Shown: one piece after another, positions 1 to 11,600 of the stretch | Position numbering within the stretch: the stretch's first letter is position 1 | Layout: each line of letters opens with the position of its first letter | Assembly: GCF_036321535.1 (NCBI RefSeq) | Contig: NC_087436.1 | Coordinates: forward strand, 91,266,001-91,330,000 | DNA: 64,000 bases | Direction: 5' to 3' | From: Camelus dromedarius | Taxonomy: Eukaryota | Notes under the pieces: generated by a model | The model's input: only the letters and a program-made list of their open reading frames with translations | What the model was told of the DNA's origin: nothing | Database searches by the model: none | Translations under genes and position numbers: made by a program

Positions 1-139
1 GGGCTTCCATATTCCAATTCGTGAAACTGATTTTTTAAAATTATTTATTTTGGCATATGGTCTATGCAGCTGGCAAAGCATAAACTAAGGAGACTGGAAT
101 TCAAGTTATACTATTTTTGATAATGTAACGTGATGTTTA

Positions 140-290
140 AAGGGTATTAGAAAAAGCCACAGGTTTTGGATCTAGGGAGACATGTGTTTTAATATCCAAG
201 TTACTAACCATGTAATCTTTGGCAAGTTATTTAAGAGGAAAGTGAGGATACAATATTTGATCTAAACATTAAATAATAGTTCCATACTAA
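140..290 (+). mobile_element. MIR SINE fragment
   Basis: 'ttactaaccatgtaatctttggcaagttattta' resembles the MIR core. Confidence 0.5.
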
Positions 291-835
291 GAAGCAAAAT
301 TAGGGTTAGGGAAAATATTGTTAAAATGCAGGCCTTCTACTCCTCCTAATATTATCTTGATTCCATGTTTTTTACTTCATCAACAGATATTTATTGAAAA
401 TGTTCTCTGTGTCAGACATTTCAATCTTTACCACACCTAGAATGATCTGTTTACCACTCACTCACCTTTCCTTATTTTTGTTTTATACTTCTTGGGCTTA
501 GAGAAAACAAAAAGGCTGTGATAGGGAAAAATGGATTCTCATACAACTAGGAGTGTAGACGATCCCTTGGAATATTTATAGACAGATTCAAAATTCAGGT
601 GCCTCAGGTTCGTTAATGATGTCTTCTCAGTGCACAGGGCAGTGCTGGAGGCTGGACTGATTGCCTGTGCCCTGCCACAACTTAGTGTTTGTGAAGTATT
701 AGCAGCATGACTTCATACGTGTTGCATTATTGATTTGTAACCTGAATTTGTATTTGTCTTGCAGCCAAGATTTTGGAACACTGTACTCTTTCTGCTAACA
801 ACCTGCTGATTTAAAGAACGTTTGCTTTCTTTCAG

Positions 836-891
836 CCTATTTAAAAAAACTTGAAAAACATTTAGAAATCCTTGTTGATAATCTTTACTAG
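836..891 (+). CDS. Candidate terminal coding exon of an unidentified + strand gene (phase-1 start; xYLKKLEKHLEILVDNLY*)
   Basis: Branch-like TGCTAAC (793-799) and CTGAT (806-810), pyrimidine tract tttgctttctttc, acceptor AG at 834-835. The frame CC TAT TTA AAA AAA CTT GAA ... CTT TAC TAG gives an amphipathic-helix-like peptide ending at TAG 889-891. Repeat-free AT-rich sequence follows. Gene not recognised. Confidence 0.35.
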
Positions 892-1945
892 TGTAGAAGT
901 GATTTGAACTGAGCATTTATAAAACATACCATAACAATGTTTAATTTTTTTTCTGCTAGCTATCACATAGGATAGTATTTTACCTTGTTGCAATCAGATT
1001 GCAAAGCCAATTACTTTTTTCTGCAATCTTTTAGTAGACTCTTTCGGATAAGTTTTCATTTAAAAAGAGATGGCAACACAGAGAATAATTTTCTCATAAA
1101 ATATGTGAATATAATCTTTTTTCTGATAGTATGATTGGAATTAGATCCATTTTGGAAGGTGCTTTACATTTATTATTATCTTATATTACTAGCCATAAAA
1201 GTCATGAGTAGGAAACTGAAGCAGAAACTATGTCTCTAATAAATACCAGACCTTTGGAGTACTATAATCTCTTCTAATTTATGCATAAGTGGGAAAATCT
1301 AATTATAATGCAAAACAGTATGTTACCCTACACCTCTGTAGGTCATTTTAGACAATTCTGAATTTCTGTTACATATTAAAAACAGATGAGTCAGTTATTT
1401 TTAAAAATACCCACCACATTTTTATGCAAGAAGAAAGGAACACACTATAGCTTGCTGTTTCACTTTAAATTTTCAGAGGAAATAGCACATTCATTATGTG
1501 AGAATGTTGCTACGTGGAAGAAGACTTGGTGGGCAGCAAACCATGATGACATGCCTACTTTTTGAAGAGAAATGAGGAAGAGTTTCTTTTAGAAAATGAG
1601 ACTGAGATGACTCTTGCAAACATCTGTTCCAATGTTAGATAAGAATTTTAGCAATGCTTATCTTTAGGTGATGCAGTTATTAGCATCCTTTATATGGCTA
1701 CAGCTATTATATTCATATATATGCAGTTATCGTATGCATTATGTATTACCAGCAGTTATTAGCCACACTTTGCTGGTTTTTATAAATTTCCACAAGCGTG
1801 TGTCCATTCACATCTGTAATGGGGAAAAATGACACCTAATTAATGTATGTCTCAAGAAAGCTTAGTGATGTTTATATTTCTTACCTAGCTTCATGGCAGT
1901 TTTCAAAGATGCTTAGAATAATAAAGTTAAAATGAGATTTTATTG
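892..1945 (+). other. Putative 3'UTR with candidate polyadenylation signals
   Basis: Repeat-free AT-rich stretch after the candidate stop. AATAAA at 1238-1243 and 1920-1925, ATTAAA at 1375-1380. Depends on the exon call. Confidence 0.25.
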
Positions 1946-3294
1946 CCATTCAAAACTTGGATCAAGTTTTTAAACTCTATCTGTTTCACCATGTTTTCAC
2001 CTTTATAGGCTGTCTATTACATGAGATAAATGGCTTTTTCAAAAGGTCCATTCACCTGTTACTTTATTTGCTGTCATTTAATATATATTTCATTTCAGGT
2101 CTGACTTCTGTGTTGTAGTTTATTCTTCCAGATCCAGTGAGGGTTATTCAGACCAGAAATGTTGTCACCTGTCTTAAAGAAGGTAGCTTTTTGTCACCTG
2201 GATACAGACCCAGGGGGTGTGAACTCCAGAAGGGCGTGATAGCCCTTCTCCACACTTGTAGAGTTCGGTCGGTTGAGGGAGTTTGTTTCACACTGGAGCT
2301 GTCAGGACAACTATCAGGAAGCAAGTTCTAGGGAAGTTCTCCAGGGAGCTGTTTCCTACAGCTGTCAGCTCTTCCCCTGAGGTGATTTTTAATATGTATT
2401 CATACCTTATTTCTGCTAAAACAAAACAAAAATGTAGCAAAGTCATTGGTAGTGATGATGCTTTTCTTCCTGATTTATTTTGGTTAATTTTATTTAAAAA
2501 ATTGGGCAGGTCATCAGAGTGAAGGAATTCAAAAAGATAGAGACTTCACTATGTTCCTGCAGGAATCCAGATCCATTCTGGGTGATACATATAACTGAAA
2601 AGTACCATCTTCTAATTCCGAAACAGAAGGAGCCCTGAAAGACTATTTGTGAGAAACAAAGAGGTCAGATCCCCTTCTGATCACAGACAAAGAGACACTT
2701 TGGACCCAGCATCCTTTTATTATTCCTGCAGCATCTTCATGTATGTTTCTTGTATACACATTTTTGTGTGTGTATTTCCCATTGTAGCTCATTCCACACA
2801 TGTCTTCTTGACATTGACATACTCTGTACTGGACACTGTGCTCTTTGTGAAGGGAAAGAGATAACTAAGATGGTTCTTGACTGCAACTAGTTCAGTCTAA
2901 TGGCAGGCTCACACATGGAGACACCAGTTACATAATAAAGGGATACTGAATCTACTGTGTCCTTTAAAAATTAGGACCACCTCTAATTGCCACAGGTAAA
3001 AAATTCCTTGAAGAGTCATAGGTTTTTCTGTGGAATTACTCAGATGTGTTCAAAAGACATTGCACAAATGCAAGTCTCAAATGCATCATGAAAAATTGGG
3101 CTTTTCTCATGCTTAAATATATAAGATAATTATAGTCTCTTGGACTATAAAGAGTCTAAGACGTATGTTCCTATTAGCATCTGGAAAGCTTTGTCTAGGA
3201 AGAAGTAGGTATAGTGTTCTATTTATAAGTTATTAATAAATACAATCTTTATTCAAGATGCTTTTATGGTAGCCATATAAGAGGGACATTGCTA

Positions 3295-4178
3295 GTTTTT
3301 ATTTATTTAAACTTTATATTTTTAGAGCAGTTTTAGGTTCACAGCAAAATTTAAGGGAAGGATACAGAGATTTCCCATATAACCCTTATCCCTACATGTG
3401 CATGGCCTCCCCCATTATCAACATCTTTCACCATAGTAGTAAATTTGTTGCACTTGAACCTACACTGACACATAACAATCACCCATAATCCATAGTTTAC
3501 ATTATGGTTCACTCTTGGTGGTGTATATTCATTTGGGGGTTTTGGAAAAAGGTATAATGGCATGTATCCAACACTACAGTATCGTACAGAATATTTTCAC
3601 TGCACTGAAAATCCTCTGTGCTGTCTATTCATCTCTTCCCGCTCCCAAACCCCTGACAACCACTTATCTTTCTGCTGTCTCCAGAGTGTCACCTATTCTA
3701 GAATGCCATATAGTTGGGATCATACAGTATGTAGCCTTTTCAGATTGGCTTCTTTCATTTAGTAGTATGCATTTAAGTTTCCTCCATGTCTTTTCACAGC
3801 TTGATAGTTCACTTAGTTTTAGTGCTGAACAATGTATTTCATTGTCTGGTTGTACCACAGCTTATTGGTACTTTCACCTTACAAGGCTTATCTTGGTTGC
3901 TTCCAGGTTTGGGCAGTTAGAATAAAGCTGCTATAAACATCTGCATGCAAGTTTTGTGTAGATACGTGTTTTTCAGTTTCTTTGGGTAAATACCAAGGAA
4001 TGTGATTGCTGGATTATGTAGTAAGAGTATGTTTAATCTTGTAAGGAATTGCCAGACTGTTTCCCAAAGTGGCTGATTCATTTTATATTCCCACCAACGA
4101 TGAATGAGAGTTCCGGTTGCTACTCATTCTCACCAACACTTGGTGTTGTCAGTGTTAAGATTTTGACCATTCTTACAG
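3295..4178 (-). mobile_element. L1 (L1MC1/2-like) 3' end, 5'-truncated
   Basis: 'ttttagagcagttttaggttcacagcaaaat...gaacctacactgacaca...gtttacattatggttcactcttggtg' matches the L1MC 3'UTR antisense; continues into the ORF2 C-terminus. Candidate TSD core GGGACATT at 3283-3290 and 4179-4186. Confidence 0.9.
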
Positions 4179-7100
4179 GGGACATTATTTTTCAAATATG
4201 TGTTAAAATACAAGGAAATGGTAAATTAGTGTTTGCCCCCCAAAATAGAAAACATACATATATACTATGTTTCATTGATCTTAAGGTGCTATTTAATAGT
4301 TTACCAAAGGAAAAAAGATATAATAGTACTGTAATAATAAATGTAGATAGCTATTTAAATAGAAAAAAAAAACTGCATCTTAGAAGTAGGAAACCATGTT
4401 ACATTAAAAGAAGTTTTTTTTCATAGAAAACAGAAATTAATTTTGCAAAGTAAATTGAAATTTAAATGGCTATTCTACTTTTACAAGTTTGTTAAGAATA
4501 TTACTATTTAGGCCATTTTATTTTAATTTGTTCCATTTACTGAATGTACCTATTTGTGAAATGCTTTTGCTTTTCTTATAGTATTAAAAATTATTGTTTG
4601 GATTAGTGCTTTTCATTGATAGGATGCTTTATATGTTATTATCTTAATTGAATTATTGAATGTGTTATTTGGGTTTTTATGATGTCAGTCTAGTGCTTGG
4701 CACACAGATATTCCTAAAATATTTGTGAAAGTACACTGCTTCTGTAGCACCAAATATACTCTTTAAAATATGCAGTGTTAATTTTGGAAGAGAAAATAGA
4801 AAGGGACCATTTTCCACTATCTACTGGACTATTTCAGATTATGCCTCACATAAAGGGAACTGTGTGACCCTGAGGATAGAATAATTGTTGGGCTCTCATT
4901 GTTTTTGAATTTTTTGAGAAAATTTGTACCTTTTGATTTTAGATTATCACTGTGGGGAACATTCAAAATGATTTTTCAGAAAAATCACAGAAACTAAAGA
5001 TTGGGGGGAAAAGTACTCAGCTTTCTGGTGTCTTTATTGGAATTCAGGGAAAATAGTATTAGTGGAGCACTGGTGATACCATTCATCACTGTGTTATCAG
5101 AGATGTCAAGAAATCTTGTGACCTTGTTAAGGGTCAGGAAAATAGTCTACAGATTATACTGGATCTGAGTTATCTCTTTCTTTAATAAATAGAACTGATT
5201 TGTAAATTATAATGTTTCATAAGTCATTAATATATCACTTTGAAACATATTATAATAGTATTATAAATGATTATTAGAATTTTTTTTTCATTACTTTCCT
5301 TCCCTTTCCCAGAAACTGTCAATTAAATAAGGATGACATCAAAAGACCTGAATAGAGGGGTCTCATGGTCCTCACATTTAAATGCCATTGAGCCCATAGC
5401 CAAACCTAAGATTGCCAGTGTCTTAGTTTTAGAAGGCCCTGTTAGAGGACATGTGTGTCACCCTCTAGTTTCTCTGTCTCTAATAGCCTTTTATCTCCTC
5501 TAGTCCCAGAACATTTTGTCTTACCATTTCCCTATTTCTGTGGTGTATTAATTGAGTTCTCCTTTGCCTTAAGATTCAATAGACATACCTCAGGATTTTA
5601 CCAGGGAAAAGTGGGACCTTAAACATGAAGCATGATGATTTCTCCATTTTTTTTTTTAATCAGTTCCACTTTTATGTGTTCTGTATATTGGGCTCTGCAT
5701 AAGATTCACTTAGGAAAATAAGTCCAACTTTAAAACTGAAGTTGGAAAACTTGTATGCAAATCAGTATAAAGGATGTTATGCAGAGTCAGCATTCTTCCA
5801 CTCTGTTGATGATGATATTTGTTGAGAACTCAAGTGACACCTTAGGGGATAAGTTATCACGAAAATCAGGTTCCATCAGGAAATTTTCTTCAGTATTCAT
5901 AAATAGGTACTCAGTTTCATAGTGAGCCTGATTTGATTATAAATCAAAACCAGATAATCTCACCAATTGCTATGATGCTAGAGGGTGATAAGGAACTGAA
6001 CTTGAACTGGATGGCATGAGAAAAGAATAGATTTTGTTTTAAGAAAACATTTTATCTCATTATAATGAAGAAATCTTGTTTTGATTTATAAAAGCCTAAT
6101 TCAGAATGTGTTCCTATATTTTGAAATTGAGAGTTCTTTGATGGCTCCTAGATATCAGTGGGCAAGTGAAAGTCATAAAATCTACTATGTTTGTAAGTGT
6201 CAGATTGGCTTTCATTTTCCCAACATTATCACAGGATTCCAGGGATTCAGATATACCATGAGAAGAAACATCCAGGAAGTAGTAATGTAATTGTTCATTT
6301 TTCCTTCTGTATAGTTATATAGAACCTACATGTATCAAATCATTTCTGCGATTTAGATCCACAAAAACACAGTATCACTTACATCTTAATTTTTTTAATG
6401 TCAACTTCACCAAACTCTTGCCAACCATGAAGGCTATCTTTGTCAATATTTAAGCAAAAGACATAGTATTGCATTAATTTAAATTTTAATTATTAGTCAT
6501 GTGAAATTTTTGAATTGTTAATTAAGTTAGCACAAGTAAATGTTCATGAAGATTGTTGAACAAATTAATAAATGGACTTATCTCACTCTCAATGCAATAA
6601 TTCTTTTTACAACAATTCGGATAAGGAATTCTCCTTTTTGATTGGCTTTCTATAGGCTGTCTGACAGTATTTTAGTGCCATATCCTGTTCTTTAACTCCA
6701 GGATGATGAAAGAATTTTCAAGTAGCTATTCTCCAATATTTTCAACTGTGTACTCCATTTTTTGGCTCATATTAAAAACATTCTTGGGTCTTTTTCTTTG
6801 AAATCAATCAATTGATTAAAATATTATCAATCAACCCACCACATCAGATTCCCAGGGAAAAAAAATCAAAACCTGACAAGTCTAGCTTACTAAGTAGTAA
6901 AGAACATTTGTTCTTCCCTGACATCTTCTTTCAGGAATCAGTTTTCTTTATGTCTTTTCAGTGCTGCTTCTAGCAATTCCACCTTCATGGCTTCCATGCT
7001 TGAATCTATAGCTACTAATGACTGTTTGCCCAGATCAAACCCAAATCAGGATGCAGAACTGGATTCAAATTCTTGGCCACAGTTAAGGTTAATTGTCTCC

Positions 7101-7984
7101 AGTTAAGTGTGGAGGGTAAATTAATCTGGTTTTAAATTTGGGCAAGCTGAACATTCTTTTGGAGATAATTTGAGCTCAGTAATTTGGTAGATTATATTTG
7201 ACAACTCTGACTGGGAAAAGGCCCTCAACTAAGAAGGGAAAAAAATCTCTTAACATAGTTTTCAGGAGAAAAATACATTATTTGGAAAAAATAAAGTTAG
7301 GAGAACAGAGATGTTAGTGTCCATAATAATCCTGTGCTTAGATAAGGTTTCCATTGGTTCAGATTTTGGTCATTTTTTTTAACTAGCTGAAATTTATTTA
7401 TATTTTCTTTGCAGTATTTTGTCAGCATTTCTTAATGATCTACAATGATTATCTCCAGTCTCTAATAATTAGAAATTTATTTACAAGGAGGGTTGAAAAG
7501 GATTTCAACCACAAAAGATGCAGAAAAATTGTTTCCCATAGTCCCTATGTAAACATACAGCTGTAATCAGCAAAGTGCTTTATAATTTAAATTTATAATT
7601 AAAATAATTATCTGGGAATAACTGATATTTCTGAGATAAAATTTAATCCCATAGAAAGCTATGTAATGGTTAGAAAAATAGGCCCTTTCAGGCTGAAGAG
7701 CTATTAATGAAGACTAAGTCTTACTTGATACTGCTTGGATTTTTTTCCCCCAATGTACCTAAATCTGGTAACTAGTCACTAAAGAAAAATGTATATCATG
7801 ATCTAATTGTGTTTCAGTGATGGATAAGTTGGATCAGTCTTGTTTTATCTAAGAACAATTGTACCAGTTTTGTATTTTGACTTGTATTTAATTTTTTCTT
7901 GTGCTTTGGTCTATGATCATTTATGCCCAGGTTGTCATAATTAATATATTGTGAGAGATTACTACTGCTGAGGTGTAGTTTCCA

Positions 7985-8135
7985 TATAATGTTAATATGA
8001 TTATGTTATATTAATATATCATGACATTAATACATACTACTATTAATTTTATACTCTTATGTTAATATATAGTTATATTGTATATTATATAATAATATGA
8101 CATATATTTATATAATATGTATATGTAGGTATGAA
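7985..8135. repeat. AT-rich low-complexity (TA-like) tract
   Basis: Degenerate tatat/ataat repeats. Confidence 0.75.
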
Positions 8136-8159
8136 TATGAAACATTAAACAGTTCAGAG

Positions 8160-8260
8160 AGCATTTTACAGATCAATTTGTTTAAAGCTCACAACAATCT
8201 GTGAGATAGACAGTATCCCTATTTTACAGATGAGAATTCTGAAAATATTCAGAACAATAA
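8160..8260 (-). mobile_element. MIR fragment
   Basis: 'ctcacaacaatctgtgagatag...ccctattttacagatgagaa' is the MIR core in antisense. Confidence 0.75.
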
Positions 8261-8779
8261 ATAAGACTAAAATTAAAATATAGATTTTTAGACTATTGTT
8301 CTTTAAACTTACTTTACTTTTTTATGAAAGTTATACATATTTATAAGAAAAATTGAAATAAGGCTCAAAATCTGACTTCTCATTACCCATCTTTTCTGAA
8401 TAGATTATACATCTACATCTCTTAATATGTTCACAGAAAGGAAGAGGGAAGTTAGATGGTTGGTTAGAAAGACATGACTTTTGGAAATGGGATGGTGCAT
8501 TTTCACTTGAAGATAGAAAACATTGATATAATTTTTACTTCAATATAACTGAAATAAAAAGAACAGAAGTAAAACTGAAAGAATCTTGAATGTTTCTTCA
8601 TGAAAAGATAAAATTACTTCCAAATACCTCTAAAGTAACACCTATGTCACTTGGTGTTGATGTATTTTTGTATTATGTAAAGGATCCACTGACTCACTGC
8701 TAGGAAAGAAGAGGAAATTATCACCTTACAAAGTCCACAGATGCTTAATTTCTGTGTTTAACTAGATTAGGCACTCATC

Positions 8780-9070
8780 ATTGGATACATTTGACTTATC
8801 GCCATGTTTCTATTTTTGATTTATCACTGTTTCATTACTGAGCTATTCTGAGTAATCTCCTCATTGGCTAGATTTCATTGTCAGTTTGTATGTCTGTGTG
8901 TTTTTAATGAAGCGCTTCCATGGGCTAAATTGCCTAATCTCTTGAATAGTGACCAGTGTCTCTGCTAATTATAGATGGAGGAGTACATGACTAAGTATAC
9001 AATTCTTGATTTATATTTTCACATTAGAACTGTGCAGTCATTTCTCAACTATCTTCTAATGTTAATTATG
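8780..9070 (-). mobile_element. Ancient L1M/HAL1 ORF1-region fragment
   Basis: 'agtatacaattcttgattt...cacattagaactgtgcagtcatttctcaactatcttcta' resembles the antisense L1 ORF1 3' region. Confidence 0.45.
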
Positions 9071-9289
9071 GGCATGTCATAAATGCCTTATACATAGAAA
9101 AGGATAAGAAATCTTTCCCTGATATATTTTAACATTTTCTTTTAGCACATGAGCTTGAGGATACTAAGGACATTTAGCGTGGAGAAAGAAAATGAAAGAT
9201 ATATAATATCTACTTAACTAAAGGCCTGTTAGCAAGAAGACAGCTCTTCCTTAATCTGTTTAATCTGGGCTAGGTGACCTTTTCTGTGC

Positions 9290-9415
9290 TTTCAAAGTAT
9301 TCTGCACTTCCTTTTGGATAGTATTTATGAAATTATTTTATAATCATCTACATGTAAGTCTATTATGTGAGTTCCTTAAGGGTAGAAACATGATAAGCAC
9401 TCAATAAACATTTTT
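9290..9415 (+). mobile_element. L2 3' end fragment
   Basis: 'tgtgagttccttaagggtagaaac...taagcactcaataaac'. Confidence 0.6.
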
Positions 9416-10074
9416 TTGGTTTGGAGGAATTCCATTTATCTTCTGTTGATTTGTAGTGGCTGCCAAGAGTACTTTGTTGAGAGTGATCCTGAAGCCACTG
9501 CTGGATCAGCAAGGAAGGGTATGTTGATCAATTAGCAATGTCTTCTCTGAGCTGAAGAATGAAAAGTGGTGCTAAAGTGGCAAATACTGTTTATCCTAGA
9601 TTAGACACTATTTATTTACCACAGATGGCAGAATCAGGACTGTTAGATAAATACACCAGGAGGTAGATTTTGGTTCAATACAGAGAAAAGTGCTTTAATG
9701 ATTAGATGAGTTTAAAGATTGTCCTAGAGTCCCTGTGGTGAATGAATTTCCTTCCTTGGAATTTTTAGTGTGTAGGTTAGCCAAATATTTGAGAAATATT
9801 AAACCTTATAGAGACTTGCCACTCTATGATTTGAAGCTTGTAGGAAGTAGTTTATTAATAAGACCAAGATATGATTAAAGAGTTCATTTTAAAGCAGAGA
9901 AGCATTATTAAATATGTGAAATATATATAATAATTTTTAAAATCTCAATTTTTATTGAATTTATGCAAGTCTTTATGGTCTTAAAGTGAGAATAAATAGT
10001 CTTTGGGTTATACCTTTGAAGATGCCATAAAACTATAGTAAATGAATCCCCCTTGAGTAAATAACATTACCTAC

Positions 10075-10468
10075 CAGGTTGCTTGGCTAAATGTCCAGGA
10101 GATACATTAATTTCTCTTTCCTTCACCTTCTTTCAGACAATCCATGAACAAGCCCTGTGGTCTCTACCCCTAATCCTGAATCAGCCCTATAATTTCCATA
10201 CCCATTCTGATTAACATTCTGTTTTGATCATTGCTTCTATACCGTTCCATCTTCCCTCCAGGAGCAGAGTAATCTTCTTTAAAACACAGGTCAGGTCACA
10301 TCACTTTCCTACTTAAAGTACTACAATAGATTCCTATCATAGTAGCGTGAGATCTAAGCTTCTTACCTTTACCTAAAAAGTCTACAGGAATCTACCTCTG
10401 ACCTTTCTCTCTGATAGCCCATATCCTCTTTCCCTCATCCACATGCCCAGCCACACTGGACTTTTTAT
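10075..10468 (+). mobile_element. L2 LINE fragment
   Basis: 'agcagagtaatcttctttaaaacacaggtcaggtcacatcactttcctacttaaa...ccagccacactggac' is typical L2 3' region. Confidence 0.8.
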
Positions 10469-10471
10469 GTG

Positions 10472-11600
10472 TTAGGAGACTATTGCATCATTGTAAGTGA
10501 GAAACACAGGTGGTAGTATTGGACATGATGAGAAGTAGTCAATTACGGATGTATTTTGAGGATAACACCAACAGCAATTCCTGACAGATATATTGTGACA
10601 GAAAGAGGATTTAAGGATGACTCCAAGATCTTTAGCCTGATCCACTAGAAGGATAGAGTTGTCATCAATTAAAATGGGAGAAGCTAAGGTTGGGGTATAT
10701 TTGGAAGAGGAGATCAGGAATTCAGTTTTGAACATGTTAAATTTGCGATGTCTAAGAGTTGGATATATGACCCTGGAGTTGATAAGGTCTGGGTTGAGAT
10801 AAGATTCTGTGAGTTGTTGGAATGTACTTAGTAGTTAAAGTCATGAGGCTTCCTATGTTTACTAAGGGACTGAACATAGACAACAATGAAAAGAGGGTAA
10901 GATCTGAACTAGAGAACCCTAGAATGTTAAGAGGTTTTAGAAAAAGAGAAGAAGGCTGCAAAGGAGACTGAGAGGGAGTGACCAATGAGTGTGGTGTTCA
11001 AAAAGTCTAGTTAAGAGCATGTAATGAGAAATGGGATAGATTAGCCATGTCAAATGGTGCTAAGTTGTCAAGGAAGATGAGAGCTGAGAAGGGACCATTG
11101 AATTTGGCAACTAGTAAATTCTTGTTGACCTTGCGAACTGGCGTAGATTAGGAGAGAATAGGAAGAGAGGAACTGGAGACAGCAAATACAACCATCTCTT
11201 TCAAGGAGTTTTATTGGACAGGTAAAAAAATTATTTGGATTGTGGCTACAGCAGGAAATGGAGTAAAGTCAAGTGTTGTTTGTTTTAAATGGAAGAAATT
11301 ATACCACATTTGTATTATTTTTGTGTTGATGGATGTGTGCATTTAAAAAACAACAAAAAAAGTTGATATGGAAGAGAGGTGATAAATGCTTGAGCAAGAT
11401 ATGTGAATTTGTGAGAGAGAATAGGATTTACTTTCCAAGTAGAGAGAATGGCTTTAGACAGGCCACAGGTGGTTCATTCACAAAAACGCAGAGAAAGTGG
11501 GTAGAGTTACTCAGGTTGGTAGATGTGGAACTCTATGGAATTTTTTCCACATATATTTTTTTCAATTCTTTCGGAGAAATAGAAAGCAAAGCCATTTGCA
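10472..11600 (-). mobile_element. L2 LINE fragment (decayed ORF2 RT C-terminal region)
   Basis: ORF 10472-10735(-) MFKTEFLISS...QAKDLGVILKSS matches the L2 ORF2 motif (N)MSKTELLI...ARNLGVILDSSL. Confidence 0.85.

Noticed and set aside
620..641. CAGTGC loop resembling an iron-responsive element
   Set aside because: No bulged C at the required position and a mismatched upper stem.
690..730. TAGCAGCA (miR-15/16-like seed) in a weak hairpin
   Set aside because: The rest does not match any mature miRNA I know, and the stem is too short for a pre-miRNA.
1885..1911. 27-nt minus-strand microexon candidate with perfect AG|GTAAG donor
   Set aside because: Weak AAG acceptor, unrecognised peptide, and no partner exons found on the minus strand.
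1927..1992. Minus-strand MVKQIE... resembling the thioredoxin N-terminus
   Set aside because: Similarity stops after 6 codons and there is no WCGPC motif; coincidence.
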